Shown here: positions 38,830 to 51,800 of the stretch, piece by piece
Layout: every line of letters starts with the position of its first letter
Numbering within the stretch: the first letter of the stretch is position 1
Origin: Candidatus Latescibacterota bacterium
Lineage (GTDB): Bacteria > Latescibacterota > UBA2968
DNA: 64,000 nt
NCBI GenBank assembly: GCA_965116885.1
Contig: OZ220741.1
Span: forward strand, 4,480,001 to 4,544,000
Reading direction: 5' to 3'
Position numbers and translations under genes: made by a program
The notes under the pieces: model-generated
Database searches by the model: none
The model's input: only the letters and a program-made list of their open reading frames with translations
Told to the model about the DNA's origin: nothing

Positions 38830-39458
38830 GAGGCCCCCCACAGAGCACGAATGCGAGAAACTGCACCGCATGTGAGAACCAGAACATCGGCATTGACCAC
38901 GTCATAAGTGGAAACTTGCGAAACGGGTAATACGGAAAGTCTGGGGATATTCCGACAGGATTTGACGGTATTTTCAGCGACACTATCTGTCAAGAGCAAT
39001 ATCTTTTGTCCCTGAATTTCAAACATTTGTGTCATTTGTGCCATTCGCTTTGTTTTGGGCTCCTCAAGTTCAAAATCTTCCAGAACAGATATAGCTTTAC
39101 CGAGTGCTTTTTGCGAAAATGCCGAGCGTATAGCCAGTTTTTTGACTTTCTTGGGCACCCGTTCCCGAAAATTTCTCGGTCTGGGACCATGCGCCACTCC
39201 ACCGCCGATCAGAATAGGCGACCCAGCAGTGCCCTTACGGGCACGACCTGTACCTTTTTGTCGGTACATCTTCCGTTTTGTCCGATTGACTTCTGAGCGG
39301 GTTTTTGTCGAGGCATTGCCTTGCCGCTGATTGGTCAAATACGCTTTGACAACATAATAGATTGCGTCAGCTGATGGTTCAATTCCAAAAACTGTTTCGG
39401 GTAGCTCCATCGAGCCAACTTCTTCACCCTCAAGATTGCAAACATCAACAGATGCCAT
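38826..39458 (-). CDS. rplD: 50S ribosomal protein L4
   Basis: RQGNASTKTRSEV; QKGTGRAR. Confidence 0.97.
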   Translation of the reverse strand: MASVDVCNLEGEEVGSMELPETVFGIEPSADAIYYVVKAYLTNQRQGNASTKTRSEVNRTKRKMYRQKGTGRARKGTAGSPILIGGGVAHGPRPRNFRERVPKKVKKLAIRSAFSQKALGKAISVLEDFELEEPKTKRMAQMTQMFEIQGQKILLLTDSVAENTVKSCRNIPRLSVLPVSQVSTYDVVNADVLVLTCGAVSRIRALWGAS

Positions 39459-39475
39459 AATAGCCTTACCTCAAA

Positions 39476-40099
39476 TCAGTTGCGTTTCTCAATAACAACC
39501 GTAGCTCCCTTACCGCCTGGCACGGCACCTTTTAAGAGGAGCAAATTTTGATCGGTATCTACACTCACCACCTTTAAGCCCCGAACAGTTACCCGCTCGT
39601 CACCCATATGGCCTGCCATGCGCATACCCTTAAACACCCGTGAAGGATTCGAGCTTTGACCTATTGAGCCAGGCGCGCGATGCCGATCTGATTGTCCATG
39701 GGTTTTGGGGCCACCTCTAAATCCGTGACGCTTGACACCGCCCTGGAATCCACGACCTTTTGATCGGGCAGTAACATCGACTACCTCGCCTGCCTCAAAC
39801 ATGCTGACATTGAGTGTCTCGCCTATAGCATATTCGGAGACATCATCAACGCGAAATTCCGCAAGACCTCGATGGGGATTAACACCTGCCTTCTTGAAAA
39901 CCCCCTGATCCGCGCGGTTTAGCCGATTGGACCGAATCTCATCATACCCAATTCTCAAAGCCAAATACCCATCCGAATCCCTATTTTTAATCTGAACAAT
40001 AGGACATGGAACAACTTCGAGAACTGTGACAGGCGCCAGCATTTCCGCGTCATCAAATGCCTGAGTCATACCGATTTTTTTTCCAATCAATCCCAGCAC
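39476..40099 (-). CDS. rplC: 50S ribosomal protein L3
   Basis: GKKIGMTQ; KGRGFQG; HRAPGSIG. Confidence 0.98.
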   Translation of the reverse strand: MLGLIGKKIGMTQAFDDAEMLAPVTVLEVVPCPIVQIKNRDSDGYLALRIGYDEIRSNRLNRADQGVFKKAGVNPHRGLAEFRVDDVSEYAIGETLNVSMFEAGEVVDVTARSKGRGFQGGVKRHGFRGGPKTHGQSDRHRAPGSIGQSSNPSRVFKGMRMAGHMGDERVTVRGLKVVSVDTDQNLLLLKGAVPGGKGATVVIEKRN

Positions 40100-40101
40100 G
40101 A

Positions 40102-40410
40102 TTACACCTTGATTTCAATATCGATACCCGCAGGTAGATCCAGTTTCATCAGGGCATCTACCGTTTGGGGTGTTGAGTTGTGAATGTCGATAAGGCGTTT
40201 GTGTACGCGCATTTCAAACTGCTCACGCGATTTTTTATCGACATGTGGAGATCGCAATACCGTATAGAGCGAACGCCTCGTCGGCAGAGGAATGGGGCCT
40301 GATATAAGTGCCCCAGTCCGTTTTGCTGTCCGAACAATTTCTTCAGCGGAACGATCCAGTGCATTGTGGTTGTATGCTTTTAGTCTAATTCTAATTTTTT
40401 GTGCAGGCAC
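40102..40410 (-). CDS. rpsJ: 30S ribosomal protein S10
   Basis: [22 protein letters not shown]. Confidence 0.98.
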   Translation of the reverse strand: MPAQKIRIRLKAYNHNALDRSAEEIVRTAKRTGALISGPIPLPTRRSLYTVLRSPHVDKKSREQFEMRVHKRLIDIHNSTPQTVDALMKLDLPAGIDIEIKV

Positions 40411-40430
40411 AAGGCTTCCCTTTGCGGTTC

Positions 40431-41624
40431 TTATTCAACAATTTCAGTAATCACACCCGAACCAATAGTTCGACCACCTTCCCGCACGGCAAATCGCAGT
40501 TCGGTTTCCATAGCGATTGGCGTAAGCAGTTCCACAGACATGGTCACATTGTCGCCAGGCATCACCATTTCCACGCCTTCGGGCAACTCTACTTTGCCAG
40601 TCACATCTGTTGTGCGAAAATAGAACTGAGGTTGATAGCCGGTAAAGAAAGGTTTACTCCGCCCCCCCTCTTTGTCCGTCAACACATAAACTTCGCCTTT
40701 AAACTTTCTGTGAGGTGTCACTGAGCCTGGCTTGGCAACCACCATGCCGCGTTCAATTTCTTCTTTGTCAACACCGCGAAGCAACAAACCGACATTGTCA
40801 CCAGCCCTGCCCTCATCGAGCAGCTTGCGGAACATTTCCACACCAGTAACTGTTGTCTTGCGACTCTCGCGAATGCCCACAATCTCAACTTCCTCACCGA
40901 CATTGACCACGCCGCGTTCAACGCGCCCAGTACCTACAGTACCTCGCCCAGTAATTGTAAACACATCCTCAACCGGCATCAAAAAATCTTTGTCAATCTC
41001 GCGCACAGGCTCTGGGATATTTTCATCTACTGCTTCCATCAGTTCCCAGATACAGGCACAATCTTCGGAATCGGGATCGTCAGACTCTAAAGCTTTAAGA
41101 GCAGATCCCTGAATCACTGGCACATCATCACCGGGAAAATCGTATTGATCCAGCAACTCGCGGACTTCCAGATCGACCAGTTCGAGCAATTCTTCATCAT
41201 CGACCATATCGACTTTATTCATAAATACCACGATAGAAGGCACATTGACCTGGCGTGAAAGCAGAATATGCTCACGGGTCTGAATCATGGGACCATCTGC
41301 AGCACTAACGACCAGAATCGCGCCATCCATCTGTGCGGCTCCCGTGATCATGTTCTTCACATAGTCAGCATGCCCGGGGCAATCTACGTGGGCATAGTGC
41401 CGGTTTTCCGTCTGATACTCCACATGGGCCGTATTAATGGTAATTCCACGCTCTTTTTCTTCGGGTGCTTTGTCAATGTCGTCAAAGGGCATAAAATCGG
41501 CAAGCCCCTTGGCTGCCAGCGTCTTGGTAATAGCGGCAGTAAGCGTGGTTTTGCCGTGATCGACATGCCCAATTGTACCGATGTTGACATGGGGTTTGTC
41601 CCGTTCAAATTTTTCCTTCGCCAT
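40431..41624 (-). CDS. tuf: Elongation factor Tu
   Basis: [25 protein letters not shown]. Confidence 0.99.
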   Translation of the reverse strand: MAKEKFERDKPHVNIGTIGHVDHGKTTLTAAITKTLAAKGLADFMPFDDIDKAPEEKERGITINTAHVEYQTENRHYAHVDCPGHADYVKNMITGAAQMDGAILVVSAADGPMIQTREHILLSRQVNVPSIVVFMNKVDMVDDEELLELVDLEVRELLDQYDFPGDDVPVIQGSALKALESDDPDSEDCACIWELMEAVDENIPEPVREIDKDFLMPVEDVFTITGRGTVGTGRVERGVVNVGEEVEIVGIRESRKTTVTGVEMFRKLLDEGRAGDNVGLLLRGVDKEEIERGMVVAKPGSVTPHRKFKGEVYVLTDKEGGRSKPFFTGYQPQFYFRTTDVTGKVELPEGVEMVMPGDNVTMSVELLTPIAMETELRFAVREGGRTIGSGVITEIVE

Positions 41625-41670
41625 ATTTTCCTCCTAAAAAGATCGAACGAAAGTAAAAAAACGCGTTCGC

Positions 41671-43764
41671 TTAAGTTGCAAATACATTGACTGAAGAGAG
41701 AATGTCTTCAGCGATGCTCTGCGGCATTTCCTCAAATTTGGAAAATTCCATTGAATAAATCGCGCGACCCTGTGTAATAGACCGCAACTTTGTTGCATAA
41801 CCAAACATTTCACTCAGTGGCACAGTAGCTGATATGACCTGTGCATCGGGGCGGTTGACAATGCCTACAATATGCCCTCGACGCGCATTCAAGTCACCCA
41901 TAACATCGCCCATATAGTCTTCGGGCACAACAACTTCCACATCAAAAACAGGTTCCATAAGATAAGTTTTTGCCCTTCTGGCGGCCTCTTGAAAAGCCAT
42001 TGAACCTGCTATCTTAAAGGCTATTTCAGAAGAATCAACATCGTGGTAAGAACCGTCAAACAATTCGACTTTGACGTCATCTATTGGATATCCCGCTAAG
42101 ACTCCCCCCATCATCGCTTCCTGAATTCCCGCACGTACGGCAGAAATATATTCAGACGGAATTGCACCACCTGTAATTTTGTTTTCAAAAACAAGTCCCT
42201 TACCAGATTCACCGGGTTCCAGATTGATAACAACATGACCGTATTGACCACGACCACCACTTTGGCGGACAAAGCGCCCGTGAATATTTTGAACAGCGTT
42301 GCGGATGGCCTCTTTGTAAGTGACCTGTGGTTTGCCAACATTGGCCTCAACCCTGAATTCGCGTTTGAGGCGATCTACAATGATCTCCAGATGCAATTCA
42401 CCCATTCCAGAAATAATGGTCTGTCCGGTGTCGGGATCAACAGCTACGTGAAAAGTCGGGTCTTCTTCGGTCAACTTGCTCAATGCGACGCCAAGCTGAT
42501 CCTGATCAGCCTTGGTTTTTGGCTCAATTGCCACAGAAATTACGGGCTTGGCAAACTCCATTGCTTCCAGTATCACAGGCTCTTTTTCATCGCACAGCGT
42601 CTCTCCTGTTGCCGTGTCTTTTAGCCCAACAACAGCTGCGATATCACCCGCGAACACCGCATCGATCTCTTCCCTCTTATCTGCGTGCATTTGCAACATA
42701 CGTCCGATGCGCTCGCGTTTGCCCTTATTGGCATTGAGAACATAAGAACCTTTATTTAGCTGACCTGAATATACGCGGAAGTAAGTCAACCGCCCAACAT
42801 AAGGATCTGTCATCACCTTAAAAGCCAAAGCCGCAAAAGGTACTCCATCGGAAACCGGACGAGAAACCCCAATGTCGAAATTTTTGAGATCGTGTCCCAC
42901 AATTTCAGGCACATCGTGAGGCGAGGGCAAATATGCGACAATAGCATCTAACAAGCGCTGTACACCTTTATTTTTAAAAGCTGACCCACAAAGCACAGGC
43001 ACAGCAGCACTGTTGATTACAGCCTGACGCAAAGCAGATCTAATCTCATCTTCGCTGATATCTTCACCTTCGAGAAATTTTTCCATCAAGGTATCGTCAA
43101 AATCTGACACAGCTTCCAGCAATTGCTCGCGACCTTCATAGGCGCGTTCTTTCAGATCGTTTGGAATACTATCTTCCGTAAACTTGGTGCCTAAAGAATC
43201 ATCCTCGTATGTCACGAGTTTCATCTTAATCAAATCAATCAAGCCCGTAAACATCTCCCCCGCCCCTACAGGCAACTGAACGGGAACAAAATTGGACACC
43301 AACCTTTCACGCATCATTTCTACTACGCGGTCAAAATCGGCACCCGTGCGATCCATTTTATTGACAAATGCAATCCGAGGAACGGAATATTTATCGGCCT
43401 GACGCCAGACAGTTTCCGATTGGGGTTCAACGCCCCCAACCGCGCAAAACAGCCCTACAGCACCATCTAAAACGCGCAATGACCGCTCGACTTCGGCAGT
43501 AAAATCAACATGCCCCGGCGTATCGATAATATTGATGCGGTGGTCATCCCAAAAACACGTTGTAGCCGCCGACGTAATGGTAATGCCACGCTCGCGCTCT
43601 TGAGCCATCCAATCCATGGTAGCTGCACCATCGTGCACCTCACCCATCCTGCGCAAAATGCCCGTATAATAGAGAATGCGCTCAGTTGTGGTGGTTTTGC
43701 CCGCGTCAATGTGCGCCATAATTCCGATATTTCGGGTGCGCTCTAAGTCGTATTTTTTTGCCAT
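41671..43764 (-). CDS. fusA: Elongation factor G
   Basis: [24 protein letters not shown]; alternative GTG start at 43773. Confidence 0.99.
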   Translation of the reverse strand: MAKKYDLERTRNIGIMAHIDAGKTTTTERILYYTGILRRMGEVHDGAATMDWMAQERERGITITSAATTCFWDDHRINIIDTPGHVDFTAEVERSLRVLDGAVGLFCAVGGVEPQSETVWRQADKYSVPRIAFVNKMDRTGADFDRVVEMMRERLVSNFVPVQLPVGAGEMFTGLIDLIKMKLVTYEDDSLGTKFTEDSIPNDLKERAYEGREQLLEAVSDFDDTLMEKFLEGEDISEDEIRSALRQAVINSAAVPVLCGSAFKNKGVQRLLDAIVAYLPSPHDVPEIVGHDLKNFDIGVSRPVSDGVPFAALAFKVMTDPYVGRLTYFRVYSGQLNKGSYVLNANKGKRERIGRMLQMHADKREEIDAVFAGDIAAVVGLKDTATGETLCDEKEPVILEAMEFAKPVISVAIEPKTKADQDQLGVALSKLTEEDPTFHVAVDPDTGQTIISGMGELHLEIIVDRLKREFRVEANVGKPQVTYKEAIRNAVQNIHGRFVRQSGGRGQYGHVVINLEPGESGKGLVFENKITGGAIPSEYISAVRAGIQEAMMGGVLAGYPIDDVKVELFDGSYHDVDSSEIAFKIAGSMAFQEAARRAKTYLMEPVFDVEVVVPEDYMGDVMGDLNARRGHIVGIVNRPDAQVISATVPLSEMFGYATKLRSITQGRAIYSMEFSKFEEMPQSIAEDILSSVNVFAT

Positions 43765-43773
43765 CTTATTCAC

Positions 43774-44241
43774 TTACCAGCGATAATGCGCAAATGCGCG
43801 ATTAGCTTCTGCCATGCGATGCGTTTCTTCTCGTCGCTGCATTGCACGTCCTTGTCCGTTTGCTGCATCCATAAATTCACCGGCCAAACGCTGTGCCATC
43901 GTCTTTTCGCTCCGTTCTCTAGCAAATAAAATCAACCAGCGAATAGACAGCGCAAGACGTTCATCGGGCCGGACTTCTTCTGGCACCTGGTAAGTCGCAC
44001 CACCGACGCGGCGCGACCTCACCTTGACAACCGGTTTGACATTGTCAAGTGCTTTTTCAAAAGTCTCTAAACCGGAATCTCCACTTCGCGCTTCAACCAG
44101 ATCAAGCGCTTCGTAAAAAATTCGTTCTCCTACACTCTTTTTGCCCTTGCGAAACAAGCAGTTGACAAAACGCGTCACCAACAGACTGCTGTATTTGGGA
44201 TCTGGAGCCAGATGTCGTTTTTCCGCTCGCCGTTTTCGCAT
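43774..44241 (-). CDS. rpsG: 30S ribosomal protein S7
   Basis: [27 protein letters not shown]. Confidence 0.98.
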   Translation of the reverse strand: MRKRRAEKRHLAPDPKYSSLLVTRFVNCLFRKGKKSVGERIFYEALDLVEARSGDSGLETFEKALDNVKPVVKVRSRRVGGATYQVPEEVRPDERLALSIRWLILFARERSEKTMAQRLAGEFMDAANGQGRAMQRREETHRMAEANRAFAHYRW

Positions 44242-44268
44242 ATCCGGATATACCTTCTTTACAATAAA

Positions 44269-44296
44269 GGGGATACACCACCAAGGTGGTATCCCC
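44269..44296 (-). promoter_or_regulatory. Hairpin in the rpsL-rpsG intercistronic region
   Basis: GGGGATAC...GTATCCCC stem with inner CACC/GGTG. Confidence 0.45.
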
Positions 44297-44325
44297 CATG
44301 TTTATCGAATAATAGGCACTTGGGA

Positions 44326-44697
44326 TTAACCCGCTTTTTTTGTGCCGTATTTGGAACGACCCTGTTTGCGGTCTTCCACGCCAGTTGTGTCGAGTACGCC
44401 CCGAAGAATGTGATACCGAACCGAAGGAAGGTCCTTGACGCGACCGCCTCGGATGAGTACCACAGAGTGCTCCATGAGATTGTGTCCTTCACCCGGAATA
44501 TAGGCTGTGACTTCAAGACCATTCGTCAACCTGACACGCGCTACTTTGCGCAGAGCTGAATTGGGCTTTTTGGGCGTTGTGGTATAGACGCGTGTACAAA
44601 CACCGCGTTTTTGAGGACACGCTCTCAGAGCGGGTGCAGAAGAACGCTTGCGCTTGGCTTTTCGCCCCTTCCGAACCAGTTGATTAATTGTGGGCAA
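44326..44697 (-). CDS. rpsL: 30S ribosomal protein S12
   Basis: [25 protein letters not shown] start after GGAGG. Confidence 0.99.
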   Translation of the reverse strand: MPTINQLVRKGRKAKRKRSSAPALRACPQKRGVCTRVYTTTPKKPNSALRKVARVRLTNGLEVTAYIPGEGHNLMEHSVVLIRGGRVKDLPSVRYHILRGVLDTTGVEDRKQGRSKYGTKKAG

Positions 44698-44751
44698 CTC
44701 AACCTCCTTAATTATGGGAGACTTGTAATATACCTGGTGTAATGGTAGCTG

Positions 44752-47700
44752 TCAAGCATTAATTGGAGGTAAACCAATGCTTTCAGTGGTCTCTTCTGCG
44801 AGGGCTTCAAAGACCTGTGATTCTTCCACCACATCTGTATCCAAATCGCGATATTTCAAAGCACCTGTACCGGCGGGAATGAGGTGCCCGATGATCACAT
44901 TTTCCTTTAATCCCAACAGCGCGTCAACTTTACCCTGTACTGCTGCTTCGGTAAGCACGCGGGTAGTTTCCTGGAAAGACGCTGCCGAAATGAAACTCTC
45001 GGTCAAAAGAGAGGCTCGGGTAATCCCCAACAAGATGGGATTGTTAGTTGCAGGATCGCCCCCTTCATCGCCTCCTTCAGCGAGGACCTTTTCATTTTCC
45101 TCGAGGAAGCGGAACCGGTCAACGAGTTCGTCTTCGAGAAAATTGGTATCTCCAGGATCTGTCACCTGTACTTTCTGCAACATCTGCCGGACTATGGTTT
45201 CAATATGCTTGTCATTGATTTTCACACCCTGGAGCCGATAAACCTGCTGAATTTCGTCAAGGAGATATTCCTGAACTTTCCGATCCCCCAGAATAGCCAG
45301 AATATCGTGTGGATTTACCGACCCTTCTGAGAGACGATCACCAGCAGTCACGCGATCACCTTCTTGCACGCGCAGATGTCGCCCGTAGGGAATGGTGTAT
45401 TTTTTTTCTTCTCCCTCATCAGCCGTGACCAGGACAACACGCGAGCCTCTCACCATACCACCAAAGCGCACCGAGCCGTTGATTTCTGTTACCACAGAAG
45501 CCTCTTTGGGGCGACGCGCCTCAAAAAGCTCAGCAACACGCGGCAAACCACCTGTAATATCTCGTGTTTTGCTGCGTTCTCGCGAAATTTTAGCCAGTGT
45601 ATCGCCATCTGCTACCTGATCGCCATCGTGTACCACCAGCCGCGCTCCCAGGGGAATGATATAATGCCCCAACTCTGCGCCGTCTTCATCAACAACCTTA
45701 ATGTGCGGAGATAAAGTGCGGTCTCGGTGCTCAATCACGACCAGTCCAGCAATGCTGGTAGTTTCATCGATTTCTTCGCGATATGTCATCCCTTCTACGA
45801 GATCCCCAAACTGAACCCTACCAGCTTTGGGCGATACAATCACATTATTATAGGGATCCCATTCGTAGAGTGCCTGGTCCTCTTCCACATCTTGTCCGTC
45901 CTCCACCCGCAACACGGCTCCATGCGGTACATGGTAGTGCCCCCCTCTTACACGTCCCTGATCATCCTGTACTTCGATCTCACCATTTCGACCGACCACA
46001 ACCCACGAATTTTCATCGCGCTGGACAGACTCGAGATGCTTAAAGATGACTTTTCCCGCACGCTTTGCACCAATCTCGGCCTGCTCGGCAATGCGGTTGG
46101 TAGTACCACCAATATGAAAAGTGCGCAATGTCAGTTGCGTTCCCGGTTCACCCACACTCTGAGCCGCGATAACACCCACAGCCTCTCCAATATCAACAGG
46201 TAGCCCGGTGGCGGGATTGCGACCATAACAGGCCATACAGACCCCTCGCCGAGTTTCACACGTCAGTACAGACCGCACAAAGACGCCTTCAATACCTGCA
46301 TCGGCAATTTTGTCAGCCAATTCTTCATCCAATAAAACGCCTGCGTCAACAATGCGGTCGCCTGTAATGGGGTCTTCCACATCCTCTAGCACTGTGCGTC
46401 CTACAATGCGGTCAGACAGCGATTCAACAACTTCTTCGCCTTCTTTCAAGGCTTCCATTTCAATGCCTAATATCGTTCCACAATCGGCTTCAGAAATAAC
46501 CACATCTTGCGACACATCCACCATGCGACGCGTCAAGTATCCCGCTTCAGCGGTCTTCAAGGCCGTATCGGCCAGACCCTTGCGACTGCCGTGCGTCGAA
46601 ATAAAATACTCAAGTACTGTCAGGCCTTCTTTAAGTGACGAAATAATAGGTGTTTCAATAATTTCGCCTATCGCTCCCGTCAATTTCTTTTGCGGTTTAT
46701 TCATCAGCCCGCGCATACCACCGAGTTGCTTGATCTGATCGTCGTTGCCTCGCGCGCCTGAATCCTTCATAATCCAGATCGAATTGAAGCCATTTTCGGC
46801 TTTTTCAAATGCACCAATCATGGCCTGGGCAATGTGATTAGTCGTATGCTGCCACACATCAATTACTTTGTTGTAGCGTTCGCCCTCAGTAATAGCCCCG
46901 ATCGCGTGTTGTTCAATAATTTTTTCTACTTCGTCCATAGCACCGGTAATCAACTCTTCCTTTTCAGGAGGCACGACCACATCGCTCACAGCAATCGAAA
47001 TACCCGACCGCGTCGCATAATCGTATCCCAATTTCTTCAAGCCATCGAGAAAATCTGTCGTAATGCGGTTGCCATACCGACTGTGGACTTCAGAAGAAAC
47101 TTTGCGGATACCTTTGTCATCGATCAACTCATTGATAAAGGGCATCGTTTCAGGGATAATTTCATTAAAAATGACGCGCCCAACTGTAGTTATCAAAAGT
47201 TTGCCATCAATGCGAACGCGCACGGCTTCGTGCAAGCCAATGCGTTCAAAATCATACGCCATGCGAGCTTCACCGGTACTGCTGAAGGTTTTGAGGTCCT
47301 CTTCCTTACCGTGAACGATTTTTGTCAGATAATACAGACCCAATGCTATTTCCTGAGGTTTATCGACCACAACAGGAGACCCATCGGCGGGTTTGAGCAA
47401 ATTGTTTGAAGACAACATCAATACCCGCGCTTCAATCTGGGCCTCGAAAGAAAGCGGCAGATGCACGGCCATTTGATCACCGTCAAAATCGGCATTAAAT
47501 GCCGCACAGACCAGAGGGTGAATGCGAATGGCTTTGCCTTCTACGAGCACGGGTAAAAACGCCTGAATCCCCAGGCGATGCAATGTCGGGGCGCGATTGA
47601 GTAAAACGCAGTGATCCTGGATAATTTCTTCGAGGATATCCCATACTTCGACGCGTTCGCGTTCGACCAATTTCTTTGCACTTTTAACGGTTTGAACAAG

Positions 47701-48855
47701 CCCCTTTTCTTCGAGCCGCCGAATAATAAATGGCTTGAATAATTCCAGAGCCATATGTTTGGGCAGACCGCATTGATAAAGCCTCAAATGGGGATCGACC
47801 ACAATCACAGAACGGCCCGAATAATCGACGCGTTTACCCAAAAGATTCTGGCGGAACCGGCCTTGTTTACCCTTGAGCAGATCGGAGAGCGACTTGAGAG
47901 AACGGTTGCCATCACCGCGAACAGCACGGGACCGACGGCCATTGTCAAACAGAGCGTCTACAGCCTCTTGAAGCATGCGTTTTTCATTGCGTAAAATGAC
48001 TTCGGGTGCTTTGATTTCAATCAGTTTTTTGAGCCGATTATTCCTATTGATCACGCGGCGATACAAATCATTGAGATCCGAAGTTGCAAACCGCCCGCCC
48101 TCTAAGGGTACAAGAGGACGCAAGTCGGGCGGGATGACGGGAATCACATCGAGAATCATCCAATCGGGCTGATTATCAGATTGGCGGAACGCCTCAACGA
48201 CCTTGAGGCGTTTGAGTGCATCCTGTTTGCGCTGCACCGAAGTCTCGAAACGAGCTTGTGTTCGCAGTTCAGCAGACAAGTCCTCAATATCGATTGCAGA
48301 CAGCAGTTTTTTGATTGCGCCAGCCCCCATATCGACATCAAATGAATACCCCTCATCTTCGAGATCAATCACCTCATCTTCAGTGAGCAAATCCTTGAAT
48401 TTGAGATCTGGAGCATCACCGGGATCCAGCACCACATACGATTCGTAGTAAATGATCCGCTCGAGATTGCGAACGGAAAGATTGAGCAAATACCCCATGC
48501 GAGATGGGAGCGACTTAAAAAACCAGATATGTGTCACCGGAACCGCCAATTCGATATGCCCCAGCCGTTCTCGTCTAACTTTCGATTGGGTCACTTCTAC
48601 CCCACACCGGTCACACACCACCCCCCGATATCGAATGCGCTTGTATTTACCACAATGGCACTCCCAGTCTTTAACAGGCCCAAAAATGCATTCGCAAAAT
48701 AAACCATCGCGCTCGGGCTTAAAAGACCGATAATTGATGGTTTCCGGTTTGGTGACCTCGCCGCGAGACCACCCGCGGATGGTTTCTGGCGAAGCCAGTT
48801 GAATGCGAATTGAATTAAAATCTAAGGGTTGATTGGCAAAATTGGCATCGGCCAC
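44752..48855 (-). CDS. rpoC: RNA polymerase beta' subunit
   Basis: [10 protein letters not shown]; Zn ribbon; RTFHIGG with SI3-type insert; SFQETT. Confidence 0.99.
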   Translation of the reverse strand: MADANFANQPLDFNSIRIQLASPETIRGWSRGEVTKPETINYRSFKPERDGLFCECIFGPVKDWECHCGKYKRIRYRGVVCDRCGVEVTQSKVRRERLGHIELAVPVTHIWFFKSLPSRMGYLLNLSVRNLERIIYYESYVVLDPGDAPDLKFKDLLTEDEVIDLEDEGYSFDVDMGAGAIKKLLSAIDIEDLSAELRTQARFETSVQRKQDALKRLKVVEAFRQSDNQPDWMILDVIPVIPPDLRPLVPLEGGRFATSDLNDLYRRVINRNNRLKKLIEIKAPEVILRNEKRMLQEAVDALFDNGRRSRAVRGDGNRSLKSLSDLLKGKQGRFRQNLLGKRVDYSGRSVIVVDPHLRLYQCGLPKHMALELFKPFIIRRLEEKGLVQTVKSAKKLVERERVEVWDILEEIIQDHCVLLNRAPTLHRLGIQAFLPVLVEGKAIRIHPLVCAAFNADFDGDQMAVHLPLSFEAQIEARVLMLSSNNLLKPADGSPVVVDKPQEIALGLYYLTKIVHGKEEDLKTFSSTGEARMAYDFERIGLHEAVRVRIDGKLLITTVGRVIFNEIIPETMPFINELIDDKGIRKVSSEVHSRYGNRITTDFLDGLKKLGYDYATRSGISIAVSDVVVPPEKEELITGAMDEVEKIIEQHAIGAITEGERYNKVIDVWQHTTNHIAQAMIGAFEKAENGFNSIWIMKDSGARGNDDQIKQLGGMRGLMNKPQKKLTGAIGEIIETPIISSLKEGLTVLEYFISTHGSRKGLADTALKTAEAGYLTRRMVDVSQDVVISEADCGTILGIEMEALKEGEEVVESLSDRIVGRTVLEDVEDPITGDRIVDAGVLLDEELADKIADAGIEGVFVRSVLTCETRRGVCMACYGRNPATGLPVDIGEAVGVIAAQSVGEPGTQLTLRTFHIGGTTNRIAEQAEIGAKRAGKVIFKHLESVQRDENSWVVVGRNGEIEVQDDQGRVRGGHYHVPHGAVLRVEDGQDVEEDQALYEWDPYNNVIVSPKAGRVQFGDLVEGMTYREEIDETTSIAGLVVIEHRDRTLSPHIKVVDEDGAELGHYIIPLGARLVVHDGDQVADGDTLAKISRERSKTRDITGGLPRVAELFEARRPKEASVVTEINGSVRFGGMVRGSRVVLVTADEGEEKKYTIPYGRHLRVQEGDRVTAGDRLSEGSVNPHDILAILGDRKVQEYLLDEIQQVYRLQGVKINDKHIETIVRQMLQKVQVTDPGDTNFLEDELVDRFRFLEENEKVLAEGGDEGGDPATNNPILLGITRASLLTESFISAASFQETTRVLTEAAVQGKVDALLGLKENVIIGHLIPAGTGALKYRDLDTDVVEESQVFEALAEETTESIGLPPINA

Positions 48856-48894
48856 GAGAGAACCCCCTTTTCAAATCTTATGTAGTCAGTCTAT

Positions 48895-51800
48895 CTACGC
48901 GCTTTCGAGCACCACGTCCAAACACAGACTTTGCAATTCTTTAACCAGAACATTAAATGATTCCGGCACACCGGGTTCGGGTGGATTTTCTCCCTTTACA
49001 ATGGTCTCGTAAATTTTGGATCTGCCCGCCACATCGTCGGACTTGACAGTGAGCATTTCCTGTAACATGTGTGCAGCACCATAAGCTTCGAGCGCCCAAA
49101 CTTCCATTTCCCCAAAGCGCTGCCCGCCAAATTGGGCTTTGCCGCCCAAAGGTTGCTGGGTGACCAGTGAATAGGGTCCAATCGAACGCGCGTGAATCTT
49201 ATCACTGACCAAATGCGATAGTTTCAACATATAAATGATGCCGACCATCACTTCTTTATCAAATGGTTCCCCTGTTTGACCATCGTAAAGGAGTGTTTTT
49301 CCGTTTTCGGGCAAACCAGCTTCTCGCAACATATCCTGGACATCGTCCATGCTCGCGCCATCAAACACAGGGGTCGCAAAGTGGAGATCCAGTTTGTGGG
49401 CTGCCCAACCCAAATGGGTTTCGAGGATTTGGCCGAGATTCATGCGAGATGGTACACCGAGCGGATTCAAAACCAGGTCAATAGGTGTACCATCGGGCAA
49501 ATAGGGCATATCTTCTTCGGGCACGATAATCGAAATCACACCCTTATTGCCGTGCCTACCAGCCATTTTATCCCCTACCATCAGCTTTCTTTTTCGGGCG
49601 ACATACACCTTGACCAGTTGCACAATGCCCGGCGGAAGTTCATCTCCGCGCGCGATTTTTTCAAGCTCTCGCTCGAGTTCTTCTTCAGCCTGCTGCATCA
49701 CGTAAGCGGCCAGTTCAATCAATCGATCCACTTTTTGGGTTATCGCTGGACTATCACACCAATCCCCGTCGGGTGTTACAGCGCCCAGGTCAAATTTTTC
49801 CAGCGACCTTTCATTCAGCACCGTGCCTGCCTTTGCAACCACCTTGCCGTCTTCATCGCGCAGGGTATTGACTTTGCGGTTTTTGAGAAGAGTCAAAACC
49901 TGCTGATCGCGGCTTTGTTTCAATGACTCAATCTTGTCAGAAATGCGTTTTCTGGCAGCTTGGGTCTTTTCTTTATCTTCATTTCGCGTCTTTTCATCGC
50001 GCTCTTTACGAGAAAAAACTTTGCGATCCATGACCACGCCATCCATTCCCGGAGGAGCTTTGAGCGATGCATCGCGCACATCGCCGGCCTTTTCGCCAAA
50101 AATCGCACGCAACAAACGCTCTTCGGGCGACAATTCGGTTTCGCCCTTTGGGGTCACCTTCCCAACGAGAATATCACCCTGATTGACCTCTGCCCCCACG
50201 CGAATGATGCCGTGCTCATCGAGGTTGCGAACAGCCTGCTCACTCACGTTGGGAATTTCACGCGTAATTTCTTCTGTGCCGCGTTTGGTATCGCGGACCT
50301 GGAGTTCAAATTCTTCAATGCTAATTGACGTGAAAATATCCTTTTTAATGAGCCGTTCAGAAACAATAATGGCATCTTCAAAGTTGTATCCATGCCACGA
50401 CATAAACGCCACGAGCACATTGGAACCAAGCGCGAGATCCCCTCTATCTGTGGCACAACCATCAGCCAATAACTGACCTTTTTCAACTTTATCACCAACC
50501 TGTACGGCCGGACGCTGGTTGATACAAAAATCTTGATTGGATCGCTTGAATTTGGTCAAATCGTAAATGTCTTCATCAGACAGCGAAATGGTTTCAATAC
50601 TGCGGCTTTTTCTGCGCTTGACGACAATTTTGTTGGCACTGACATACGTCACAACACCAGCGTTTTTCGCAATGATCACAGCTTTTGAATCAACGGCAAC
50701 TTTGCGCTCGAGGCCCGTTCCAACACGCGGGGCATCCGTGATTAAGAGAGGCACACCTTGCCGCTGCATATTAGATCCCATCAATGCGCGGTTGGCCTCA
50801 TCGTGCTCGAGAAAAGGAATGAGTCCGGCGGCGGCACTCACAAGCTGGAAGGGTGAAACGTCCATATAGTCAATCACTTCGGGATCAACCACGGGAAAAT
50901 CGCCTCGCCGCCTCGCCTGCACGACATTATTTTCAAATTCGCCCTTGTCGTCAAGCGCCAGATTGGCCTGTGCAATGGTATGGCGATCTTCTTCGTCGGC
51001 AGGCAAATATGCAATATCCTGTGAAACTTTGCCACTTTTGACCTTCCGATAGGGCGTCTCGAGAAAGCCAAAGGGATTGACCTTGGCATACGTAGCCACA
51101 GACACAATCAGGCCAATATTTGGGCCTTCTGGCGTTTCGATAGGACAAATGCGGCCGTAGTGCGTGTGATGCACATCGCGCACCTCAAACCCCGCTCGAT
51201 CGCGCGTTAATCCCCCAGGTCCTAATGCCGACAAACGGCGTTTGTGGGTCAATTCGTCAAGCGGATTGATCTGCTGCAAAAACTGCGATAATTGGCTGCT
51301 GCCAAAAAAGGCCTGAACCACAGTAGATACAGTCCGCGCGTTGACCAGATCGTGGGGAGTAAGTTGCTCGGAATCGCGCAAACTCATGCGCTCCCTAATC
51401 GTGCGCGCCATGCGTGCCAAACCAATACTAAATTGCTTGGAGAGCAACTCGCCAACAGAGCGCACCCGCCGATTGCCCAAATGATCGATATCATCGGTAA
51501 ATCCCTCCCCCATAGCCAGAGTGAGTAGATAGTCGATGACTTTGATAAAGTCATCAATACACAGCATGGTGAAGTCAAGCGGAATATTATCGATCATATC
51601 CAAACGCTGGTTAATGCGATAGCGCCCAACAGTACCCAAATTATAACGCCGAGGACTGAAAAAATGTCGCTCGAGCAATCCGCGCGCAGTTTCAATATTG
51701 GGTGGATCGCCAGGGCGCAGCAGGCTATAAATCCGCGCGAGTGCTTCTTCCTCGTTGTCACACGGATCTTTGTCCAGCGTATTGTTAATAATCCCGCCAT

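Noticed and set aside
40431..43764. Elfamycin, GE2270 or fusidic-acid resistance alleles in EF-Tu and EF-G
   Set aside because: The key positions I can place (EF-Tu G257, G275, G316, Q329, A375; EF-G HVDF and GELHL) look wild-type; other EF-Tu differences have no phenotype known to me
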